IMG/VR virus record: IMGVR_UViG_3300032294_003343
Location: 64,001 to 128,000 of that record
Strand: one strand, 5' to 3'
Origin: a virus
Length of the DNA: 64,000 nt
Position numbers and translations under genes: made by a program. The notes under the pieces are model-generated. The model did not search any database. It worked only from the letters and a program-made list of their open reading frames with translations, and was not told the DNA's origin. Below are positions 30,648 to 39,300 of the stretch, piece after piece; position 1 is the stretch's first letter; every line of letters begins with the position of its first letter.

Positions 30648-30824
30648 TTATTCTGCTTTTGTAATTTTAAATGTAGATGTTGAACAGTGCGGGCATTTGC
30701 CTTGAAGTGCATGTCTACTACTCTTCATCACAATTTTCTTAGGAGCGGAAACCATAACCATAGTTCTGCACTTTACACAATACATATTATGGGTTGTTCC
30801 TGCGTCTGTAATTTCTGAACTCAT
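30648..30824 (-). CDS. DUF5679-like zinc-binding small protein, 58 aa
   Basis: Missing from the ORF track. Hand translation MSSEITDAGTTHNMYCVKCRTMVMVSAPKKIVMKSSRHALQGKCPHCSTSTFKITKAE* matches the YCVKCR...MK..R.A..G.CP.C.T..F+I pattern. AAGGAG RBS upstream. Confidence 0.85.
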   Translation of the reverse strand: MSSEITDAGTTHNMYCVKCRTMVMVSAPKKIVMKSSRHALQGKCPHCSTSTFKITKAE

Positions 30825-30854
30825 TTTCGAGTACTCCTTATTTAAGATTTCGTA

Positions 30855-30888
30855 GGATATTGTACAATTACCTGTATATCCCTATAAT
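30855..30888. promoter_or_regulatory. Overlapping divergent promoter region
   Basis: Rightward TTGTAC (30860-65), 17 nt, TATAAT (30883-88). The palindrome ATTGTACAAT (30859-68) supplies a leftward TACAAT. GGATAT/ATATCC inverted pair at 30855-60/30876-81. Confidence 0.6.
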
Positions 30889-30901
30889 TAAAAAATAAAA
30901 T

Positions 30902-31246
30902 ATGCCTAGATACGAATACTTATGTGAATGCTCAACTGAACCTAAATCATTCACGATATCTCTTTCTTTTAGTGAATACCAACCTGTAATTCCTTGCCCT
31001 TGTGGAAATGGTGAAGCTAAACGTGTTTTTAATAGCTTTACAGTTCAAGAAGGATTGACAGCAAAAGAAAAACAATTCGGTACCACTGTTAAAAGAAAAC
31101 AAATGACTGAATTTGTCAAAGATCAAAAATCTGTTAGAAAAAATTCTTATGATCCAAATTCAAGAGAAGCTAAATCAAACGAGTATTGGACTGGAAAAGA
31201 AGGATTGGACGGTATAACATCTTTACCTGTGAATAAAAAGGATTAA
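30902..31246 (+). CDS. FmdB-family zinc ribbon protein, 114 aa
   Basis: MPRYEYLCEC...F......SE....PCPCGNGEAKRVFNS, the FmdB/CxxC_CxxC_SSSS pattern with shortened CxC knuckles. Confidence 0.75.
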   Translation: MPRYEYLCECSTEPKSFTISLSFSEYQPVIPCPCGNGEAKRVFNSFTVQEGLTAKEKQFGTTVKRKQMTEFVKDQKSVRKNSYDPNSREAKSNEYWTGKEGLDGITSLPVNKKD

Positions 31247-31249
31247 AAT

Positions 31250-32032
31250 ATGAATGAAAGTGTAAATCAAGAGCCAGAATCATTTATCGTGCAAAATGTT
31301 ACTCTTGGCCCACATTATGTAAGTGATATTAGATTGAATTTCGGTCCATTACAAGCAATTGATCTTACTTGGGAAGATCCTAAAGTAGTAAAAGCTTCTA
31401 AGGATTTGAGAAATTCATTAAGACTTGGATTGTTAAGAAAAATCTCTCCTGAACAATTTGACACAATCGAAGAGAGAGCTGCAATTAAGGGTAAGAAAGA
31501 ATTACTCAAACAACAAAGTGATAATAATCTTCGAACTGTTGATGTAGATGGAAAGACAATTGAAGCTGAAAGCATTGATGCTGAAAAGGCATATAAAAGC
31601 AAAAATGATGTAACTACAGCTGGATATGCGAATGATTCACTTTCATACGCAATGGCTTTAGATATTGCTCAAACACAAGCAGAACTCCAAGGCGAAGACT
31701 TATCAGTTGAGCAATTTGCAGACAAAGTTCAAAAAAATCCTGGCATAATCAATCAACTACTGGCTCAACAAAAGAACCTAGATGCAAATAGCTCTGTATC
31801 AGGAGTGGAGACTAGAGGAAGAGCATTTGTAGCCGAACCTCCTAGTGATGCAATAAGGGGCTCAAGTGTAAGAGAAGTAGAGATGACAAATTACAATCGT
31901 GATAGAAGAGTAGCAGGAGCTGATTTCAACTATAACGATACAGGTGATGATGGTTATGATTCAATTGCTGATGCTATTGATTTAGAAGCTGATATGGGCG
32001 AAGGCGCAGAGGGCTCAATCAAGAGAGTTTAG
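31250..32032 (+). CDS. Hypothetical protein, 260 aa
   Basis: Clear ORF with an acidic C-terminus, followed by a terminator. Confidence 0.7.
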   Translation: MNESVNQEPESFIVQNVTLGPHYVSDIRLNFGPLQAIDLTWEDPKVVKASKDLRNSLRLGLLRKISPEQFDTIEERAAIKGKKELLKQQSDNNLRTVDVDGKTIEAESIDAEKAYKSKNDVTTAGYANDSLSYAMALDIAQTQAELQGEDLSVEQFADKVQKNPGIINQLLAQQKNLDANSSVSGVETRGRAFVAEPPSDAIRGSSVREVEMTNYNRDRRVAGADFNYNDTGDDGYDSIADAIDLEADMGEGAEGSIKRV

Positions 32033-32050
32033 AAAGTTTAATCTAGACTG

Positions 32051-32087
32051 AATAAAGGCTATCCAGTCGGATGGCCTTTATTTTTTT
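32051..32087 (+). terminator. Rho-independent terminator
   Basis: AATAAAGGCTATCC-AGTC-GGATGGCCTTTATT hairpin followed by a T run. Confidence 0.85.
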
Positions 32088-32097
32088 GGGAGAAAAT

Positions 32098-33207
32098 ATG
32101 GCAAACGATTTTTCAGCTCAATCTTTTACTAACAGCACATTAGTTTATTACAACACTCAACCATCATATCCAGGGATCTTTATTGAATGGGAAAGATCTG
32201 GAGCACAAAATGTTGCCTTTTATAAAATTCAAAAAAGCTCTAACTTTGAAGGCACATACACAACACTTGCTACAGTTCCATTTCCAACTAACGAAGGAGT
32301 AGACACTAATGGATCACCTTCAGATTATTACAGAATTCAAGAAGTAGATACCAACGGAAATGTACTTAATACATCGTCTCCAATGCTAGGGGATGAATTA
32401 CTCGTAAAAAGTAGTTTAAGGTATGAATTAGAGCATCTTTTGAACATTCCTATATATGACGAAGAAGTAATTTTCAGAAGAAATAGAAGTGTAGGTTCTG
32501 TAGCGTTCCCATTTTGGAATTCAGTACCAAAAGCAGAAGTAAGAATTTCAGGTCCATCAAACCAAGGTGATAGAGACCCATTAATTCAATTATCAGAAAC
32601 AGACCCAATTTACTCAACAATTAATACAACATATGACCCAATCATTAAAAATAGAGATGGCTATGAATCACAATACACTAATGGAAACAATTACCCAAAT
32701 GGTTTATTGGTGAAGTATGATTTTATGGGAAACATATATTTTATTGATGTAAATGGCAATCCAGTGGAAATTCATAGCTACGATAATGTTTTAGTTTCAT
32801 ATAGCATAAAAATGATTACAAATGACCATATGAACAGTAGCTTGTACATGGCATTACAAGCAATAAATTCACAACCTGGTGCAAGTAAATACCCAACAGT
32901 AGCAGCAGCTCCATACTTTTACGATCCAGCATTAGTTTTCGGTGCAGCATATTACATCTTGAGAAGCCTTCTTACAAGCTTGACAAATAGACAAAGAAGA
33001 TTACTTATTGAAGATCCTGATGCAAGGATTACTGATGACATAAGACAATCAGCAACTATGTACAAAGAAGAGTTTGAAAAGATGTTGGAAAAATTACCTA
33101 TTGCTACTTACCCAGGAATTAGATCTGTTGTTGTACCAGAGTTTAATATGCCAGGAGGAAGAAGTAGATTTTTCAGATATATCTGGAATATTGGTACTGG
33201 AGGATAA
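32098..33207 (+). CDS. Head-tail adaptor/neck-like protein with N-terminal FN3-like domain (start revised from 32071)
   Basis: The ATG at 32071 lies inside the terminator, while GGAGA precedes the ATG at 32098. FN3-like IEWERS...YKIQKS...YYRIQEVD. The helical C-terminus LYMALQAIN..P...LVFGAAYYILRSL...YKEEFEKM resembles connector proteins. Confidence 0.55.
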   Translation: MANDFSAQSFTNSTLVYYNTQPSYPGIFIEWERSGAQNVAFYKIQKSSNFEGTYTTLATVPFPTNEGVDTNGSPSDYYRIQEVDTNGNVLNTSSPMLGDELLVKSSLRYELEHLLNIPIYDEEVIFRRNRSVGSVAFPFWNSVPKAEVRISGPSNQGDRDPLIQLSETDPIYSTINTTYDPIIKNRDGYESQYTNGNNYPNGLLVKYDFMGNIYFIDVNGNPVEIHSYDNVLVSYSIKMITNDHMNSSLYMALQAINSQPGASKYPTVAAAPYFYDPALVFGAAYYILRSLLTSLTNRQRRLLIEDPDARITDDIRQSATMYKEEFEKMLEKLPIATYPGIRSVVVPEFNMPGGRSRFFRYIWNIGTGG

Positions 33208-33360
33208 ATTGTTCTGTTGCTTAATCTAGCAACAATTAAATTTAAAATTTTAAATGAACAATTTTCTTTTAAAGATTAACGTTAATATACATTTTAATAT
33301 TAAATCTTAATTCCCATTATTAATGGGTGTAAGAAAAGAGAAAACTATGAGGATGAAAAA

Positions 33361-33777
33361 ATGAACAGAGTGATTAGAGTTTTGGACGACATAAAGACTA
33401 GAGTAGCACAAGTCAACCCAGATTTGAGCAGTAAGATCAATGATGCTGTTTTTGATATGGGAAGCAACATGCCTATGGAAACTGAAGATTCCACAATTGA
33501 CACAGGGGTCAATCCAAAGATTGAATCTTTTGCTAGACCACGTCCAAATGTTAGTGTAGTGAGTGATGATGAAACAGTGCATAGCTTTGCTGTTGAGATT
33601 AAGGCTAAGCACAATGGGCCAATTCCAGACACTCAATTAATGAGCAAGATTTTGCAATCAATTGAAAGTCATTCTGATACAGCCAAAGAGTTTGCTGCTG
33701 GAGATGGTCCAGAATCAAATTCATTCGAGGTTGTTAGTTTCAAATACGAAAGAAGAGACGACAAAAAGAAACAATAA
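33361..33777 (+). CDS. Hypothetical protein, 138 aa
   Basis: ORF on the operon strand with GAGG upstream. N-terminal IKTRVAQ motif. Confidence 0.65.
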   Translation: MNRVIRVLDDIKTRVAQVNPDLSSKINDAVFDMGSNMPMETEDSTIDTGVNPKIESFARPRPNVSVVSDDETVHSFAVEIKAKHNGPIPDTQLMSKILQSIESHSDTAKEFAAGDGPESNSFEVVSFKYERRDDKKKQ

Positions 33778-33793
33778 ACTGTAAAATCAGTTT

Positions 33794-34333
33794 ATGAACG
33801 ACGATCAGATCAAGGCCTTAAGACACTCTTTCACAAACCCGCATAGAGAAGATCTCCCCAAGCCAAAAGTCAATAAATTTGGACATACAGTGCTTGGGGA
33901 TGAAATGGAAATGACTGATCGTGAAATTGACCTAAAAATCAATGAATTTGGTGATGTTAGCGCAGAACCAAAGCAAAGTCTTTTTGACAGCCCAGAATTT
34001 CAAAAATGGGCAGAAAAACAACCCATATTGAAGCCATCTGAATCTGAAATGGAAGAAGAAGTAGAACAACATTCAGCAATTACTCCAAATGCTGTCAATA
34101 TTGCAGATTTAATTTCTGAACTTGACGAGATGGATGGTACTACTGAACGCAAGCAAGTAGAAAAGCATCAAATGAAAAATTGCGCAAATGAACACTGCTT
34201 GTATGCTTTGCCAATTGATGCTAAATTTTGCTTAAAGTGTGGCACAGCTCAATTAGCAAAATTCTGCGTTGAATGTGGGTTTAAGTTTTCAGCTATGGAA
34301 AAGTTCTGTCCTGATTGCGGAAACAAAAGATAG
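33794..34333 (+). CDS. Double zinc ribbon (DZR) domain protein, 179 aa
   Basis: C-terminal CANEHC...AKFCLKCG...FCVECG...KFCPDCG after an acidic, likely disordered N-terminus. Confidence 0.8.
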   Translation: MNDDQIKALRHSFTNPHREDLPKPKVNKFGHTVLGDEMEMTDREIDLKINEFGDVSAEPKQSLFDSPEFQKWAEKQPILKPSESEMEEEVEQHSAITPNAVNIADLISELDEMDGTTERKQVEKHQMKNCANEHCLYALPIDAKFCLKCGTAQLAKFCVECGFKFSAMEKFCPDCGNKR

Positions 34334-34367
34334 GTAAAGAGGCTGGATACCTAGTATTTTCTTTATT

Positions 34368-35048
34368 ATGGAACGCTCTTGGTATCATATAGCAAAAGAA
34401 TGCACTGCCCTTAGAAAAAATGTTTTAAGAGCTGATTTATGTGTGTTCATTGATAATGAAGAAGCTTTTTCTAACGAAGATTATTTGAACTCAACAATAA
34501 AGTCAATTCTGACAGCAGCCATCATTAATGGCTTAGATATTGTAGGTATTTTATCTCCAGACACACCATCTGTAGGTTTAAGAGCAAAGCAAATGGCTCA
34601 GCAACAACAAATGGATATTGTTGTTGCTCCCGGACAAACTTACATCTGTACTGGAAAAGAAGAATTGTATGTTTACAATTTATTAAAATCAGTGCCAAAA
34701 AATCTTTCTATTGATAAAGCTTGTGGTTTTGTTCATGATCATAATGGGTTTGTTTTAGCTACAAATGTTAATTCAAAGTTGGCTCAAACCTTGAATCGTT
34801 TGCAAGGAAGTAAATATGCCCCTGATGGAGTTGAAATTTTTAACGCTAAATCTGGAGGATATAGAGACGTTGATATTGATTTCCCTAGATTTGTAAACTC
34901 AGGTTCTACTTCAGCTAATGACCTTGACAACTCAAATGTTTTTACTTTAATGCACAGAGAAGATGCACAGAAAATGGGATTGATACAAGGTGACGAAGGT
35001 GTTGAATACACACCAAAATATTTAAAACCACAAACAGGAGTAGTATAA
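34368..35048 (+). CDS. Degenerate PHP-fold protein lacking metal ligands, 226 aa
   Basis: Aligns by eye to the PHP family: RADLCVF (for DLHxH), AAIINGLDIVGILSP (for GLD.IAITDH), VVAPGQ (for IPGEE), VHDHNGFVLATN (for IH..GG...AHP), DGVEIFNA, NSGSTS (for GGSDAH). Confidence 0.65.
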   Translation: MERSWYHIAKECTALRKNVLRADLCVFIDNEEAFSNEDYLNSTIKSILTAAIINGLDIVGILSPDTPSVGLRAKQMAQQQQMDIVVAPGQTYICTGKEELYVYNLLKSVPKNLSIDKACGFVHDHNGFVLATNVNSKLAQTLNRLQGSKYAPDGVEIFNAKSGGYRDVDIDFPRFVNSGSTSANDLDNSNVFTLMHREDAQKMGLIQGDEGVEYTPKYLKPQTGVV

Positions 35049-35542
35049 TGCCACGTTCTTACTGCACAACAAACGATGTTAAGCAATATCTCCCACCCAA
35101 TGTTGTAACAGAGGGTGATAATCCAATTCCTAACTTTAGAAATCCTACTCCAGAATCAGCATCAAATATCGACTTAGATTTCTTTATCCAGCAAGCATCA
35201 GCAGAAATTGATGCTAATCTTGCAACAATGTATGATGTCCCTTTGAAGCAAGTAAATATAGGTGGTGATGTCTCTTATCCTCACCCAGTCCCCGTCATTT
35301 GTGCTATTCTTTCAGCTCAAATGTACTATATGCAAGCACTTCAAGGAGCAGATCCACAATATTCTGAAGCACAAAAAGTAAGGTTTGACTTCGCCCAAAA
35401 TGAAATTGTCAGAATTCAAAACGGTGAAATTAGACTGTTTGGTCAAAGAAATACCCGTGGAGACAGGTTTGTAAGATCTACCTTGAGAGGAGTGGTAAAT
35501 AACCCAACAGAGGGCAAGCGTTCAAAAGGCCAAAGTCAATAG
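35048..35542 (+). CDS. Mu gp36 / DUF1320-like head-tail connector protein, 164 aa
   Basis: YCTTNDVKQYL...IQQASAEIDANLATMYDVPL...ICAILSAQMYY...AQNEIVRIQNGEIRL pattern. Confidence 0.75.
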   Translation: MPRSYCTTNDVKQYLPPNVVTEGDNPIPNFRNPTPESASNIDLDFFIQQASAEIDANLATMYDVPLKQVNIGGDVSYPHPVPVICAILSAQMYYMQALQGADPQYSEAQKVRFDFAQNEIVRIQNGEIRLFGQRNTRGDRFVRSTLRGVVNNPTEGKRSKGQSQ

Positions 35543-35551
35543 GTGAAATAA

Positions 35552-36328
35552 ATGCTTGAACGAGTTTATGATACCTTAAGAGGCATTTTATTTTATGAAT
35601 TGCCAAAAAATGCAAAAGGTGAAGCAGTAATTTTTGACAGACCTGTTTCTGGATTTTATATTGGAGAAGCAGGGGTAAAGCCTAATGCAATTTCGATTGT
35701 TTTCAAGGGTGCTAGTTCTCCATTAAAAGATATATCATTTGGTTTACAAGAGTTTGAACATAATGTGTCGATTGAAATCAGTGTTGGAGCTGACAATATT
35801 GAAACCACCGAAAGAGTCACACAAGAAGCTACCAGAATAATATTGTCCATATTGAGAAAACATAGAAGAATCTGGGTTGTAGATATTTGCCCAATTTGTG
35901 AAAAGTTTTCTCTTTCACCAGCCCATTTTACTGTTGATCACAATGACATATTAAGTTCATATGCAACTACAGTTACTAATGAATTTAATAATCTTTGGGC
36001 AGAAACGCACCCAGCAAATTTAGCGCCACCAACTTTACCAGATTCAGGTAAAGCAGCAGAAGCATTTATCAGAATGTATAACGATGTAGGGGCTGGAACT
36101 ACAGTAACAAATTTACCAACTAAAGCTAGAAATAATATTTTAAGAATGCAAGCAGATAATGTTGAGCCTGTCAGAATGCTTTATGATGTGCTTTGCAATG
36201 ACAATAAATCTTCTGACGATGCTACAGGTAAACAACTTTTCAGAAGTGGCACTATTACAATTACAGCAAAAGAATTAATAAGACAAATTTACTTTGGTCC
36301 AGATAATGTACCAACAACTGCATATTAA
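35552..36328 (+). CDS. Probable tail completion/terminator-like protein, 258 aa
   Basis: Position after the gp36-like gene. Pattern VYDTLRGIL...FYIGE...ISIVF...IEISVG...ATRIILSILR...GTITITAKE, with a CPIC-containing insertion. AGGTG RBS. Confidence 0.5.
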   Translation: MLERVYDTLRGILFYELPKNAKGEAVIFDRPVSGFYIGEAGVKPNAISIVFKGASSPLKDISFGLQEFEHNVSIEISVGADNIETTERVTQEATRIILSILRKHRRIWVVDICPICEKFSLSPAHFTVDHNDILSSYATTVTNEFNNLWAETHPANLAPPTLPDSGKAAEAFIRMYNDVGAGTTVTNLPTKARNNILRMQADNVEPVRMLYDVLCNDNKSSDDATGKQLFRSGTITITAKELIRQIYFGPDNVPTTAY

Positions 36329-36330
36329 CA

Positions 36331-39300
36331 ATGAGTCTCGTATCCAAAAAAGGTCTTGAGTTTATTATCAATCAAATCGGTAAAGCAAAATACGCTTACA
36401 AAGATTTGGTTGGTGATTTATCTTTGAATCGTGGATATTATTTAGATTATGAAAGAATTGTAATAAAGCTTAGAGGTTCAACAATTTTTCACGACTATGA
36501 TTTAGCTGGAAAAACACCTCAAGGACTTACAACAAAGCCATACCAAACTTTTGATACTGTTGAAGATATTTCTTTTGGTTTTCAGGGTGGACAATATACA
36601 GTAGATCAAAAAATTTCTAGCTTTGCAAATACAGGTGGATGGACCCCTCAATATTACAATCCGCCAGCACCAGAAGGATGGGGAGTTTGGGATTACAATG
36701 CTTGGCAATACTTTGTTCCACCTTATAATGCTGCTGGTAATGCAAACACGTCTTACATCATTTACAATATAAATTCTGAGCCTGGGGATGGTTCAGAAAG
36801 AGTTAATTATGACTATCCTGTGAGATGGGATGGTAGTTTATATAGAAGAGTAAATTTATTTAATTCTTCAAGATGGATATCACTTAAAAATACGGGGACA
36901 GTTTCAAATAACGAAGCACATATTATAATTCCTAAATCTTATTTTGAAGGTGCACAATTTATAAACCCGCTTACGAATACTCCAAAAGATTTAGGTATAG
37001 CTTCTCACATCTTTCTCAAAACGCAAGGCATAGGTTCTACTTTTTCACTTGGTGGAAGTATGGCAGGACTAGCTCTCACTTATCTTGCTTACAATTTATC
37101 AGAAGTTTCTTCTACTGGTTCAACAACCGAAAGAATCAAAGATCATTATTTGTTTAAGGTTAAGACACCATCAACTTGGACTGCAGATTATTGGTATCAT
37201 TTAGCATTTTATTGGGATACTCACGATACAAATTTCCTTTCATCGTATCCAACATACACATCTGGAACTGCTATAACCTTTAATTCAAACAATTTTTCAT
37301 CAGCCTGGAACATCTATCCAAGGAAAACTTATTTACAAAAAGATATTCAGAACTACATTACATTTGATAAGACAGGTGTAAATGATACAAATATTTATCT
37401 TTTTTCAAGAAGTAAAACTAATCAAAAATATTACGATGGCGATTATATTACAACAACAGAACCATTCAGATATTTATATCCAGAAACTTTTAGCGCATAT
37501 GGAGACACGAATTCTTTAGCAAACTATGTTTCATTAAGTTCATATGAATATTTACCTGTGTTGATAGCAACTAAGAATATAATATCTGGTAATCAATATG
37601 AAAATGGAGACATAGACTTTTACTTATTCTTTGGTAAAGCAATGCCCCAAGAATCTGTTCCTGTAGATTGGGAAGACTTTACAAATTACCCAATTATAGA
37701 CAAGGACTATGATATTGTTGCTAAAATAATTTTGTCTTATCCATCATTTAAAACATCTGGAACAATAAAAACAAAAACTAGTACAACTTACAATTTAAAT
37801 AATGCATCTATAGTTTATATAAAAAGAAGTGCTGACAATTTTGTTGTGCCTCCAATTGGTGATAGTGAATTAATTGATGAAACCTTATTGGATGTTATTT
37901 CAATGACTTCATTCACTAGAAATGATGATTATGAAGACATTTATGACCAACTGGGTGTAGATTTAGTAGCTCCATTCACTAATTTTAAATCATATGGAAC
38001 AAATAGTTATATAGATTTTAAGAACAACAGCTTCAAAAAAACAAAACTTTTACATAATTTGTTGAAATACCCAATAGCACCAGCATTAAAATCTAACTTC
38101 CAAACAACTAAAGGTTCAGGAAAAATTACAATATCATCTGGAAACAATGTTGTTGTGGGAAGCGCTTCAAAATTCACAAAAGAAGTTACTGAAGGTGATT
38201 ACCTTTATAGTTCTGATGGAACAATTTTATATGGGCAAGTTCTTTCAATCATTACAGATACATACTTGACACTTGAAGAAAATTATAAATCATCTGTTGA
38301 CAATCAAGGTTATGGTATTAAGAATAATCCATTAGAAACAGAACCAATTAATATTGAAGTTGAAGAAATTGGAGCAAATGCAATGATTTCTTGGCTTTCC
38401 ATTCCTCCAACTAAAATTATTTTCAAATATGATGAAAGTGGCATGCAACTTAATGACATCAATTTTGAAAGCGATACAGAATTTGAATTTTATCAAGAGG
38501 TATCAAACATTCCAGATTTGCTTGATCAAGAAACAACTGGTACCAAACTTACAAAAGATTATGCTTTTTCAATTGTATTTCAAAATACTAGCAGTGACAA
38601 ATTCATAAAAAATATCAAATTAAATTCTTCAAAGTTTTTTATTACTGATGATGAGTATCTAAATAGACAGAAAAAAAATCTAACAACTTCTGGCTACTTT
38701 AAGCAAGGTTCGCAAACTGAGCAAACTAATAATTCACCTGGCACTTTTAACTCAATGGAAGAATATAGAGTTTATGGAAGTGCTGCAATTATTCCAAATA
38801 TGCAAATGGGCGAAAGTAGAGCAATATTAACAAAACAAGTTCAGCCTACAGATTCTACAAAACAAACAGAATCAGACTTTATTGCTAATCTTAAGTCCTT
38901 AAATCCAAGCATTTCAGAAGCAGAGATTCAAGACAAAATTAGTGATTACGAACTAACTAATTCTTTTTACACTCCAGATTTGAATCAATTTCCAAATACT
39001 TTTTCTACTATTAAAGAAATGGGTATGACAGTTTCTAACTATGCATTCAACAGAAGTAAACATTGGGTTTCAAACTACGATGAAATTATTGGAGCTGAAA
39101 AAGATAGTAAAACTTTTACAGCACAGAATGTTTTAGATTTAAGGTCTGATTCTTTCATTATTTCAATTGCTGGATATTCAACTTCAGACGCTTCAATAAA
39201 TAGTCTTGAAAACATTTATAAACAACAAATATCAATAGTTGACGCTACAAATATAAACCAAACTTCTAAAGGTAGTTTCAAAAGTGTCAACTATGATAGA

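Noticed and set aside
5155-34367. Possible phage-specific promoter 'AGG-N16-20-TAnnAT' upstream of 5154, 12993, 30824 and 34368
   Set aside because: Spacing is inconsistent (16-20 nt) and the -10 part is variable; too few examples to support.
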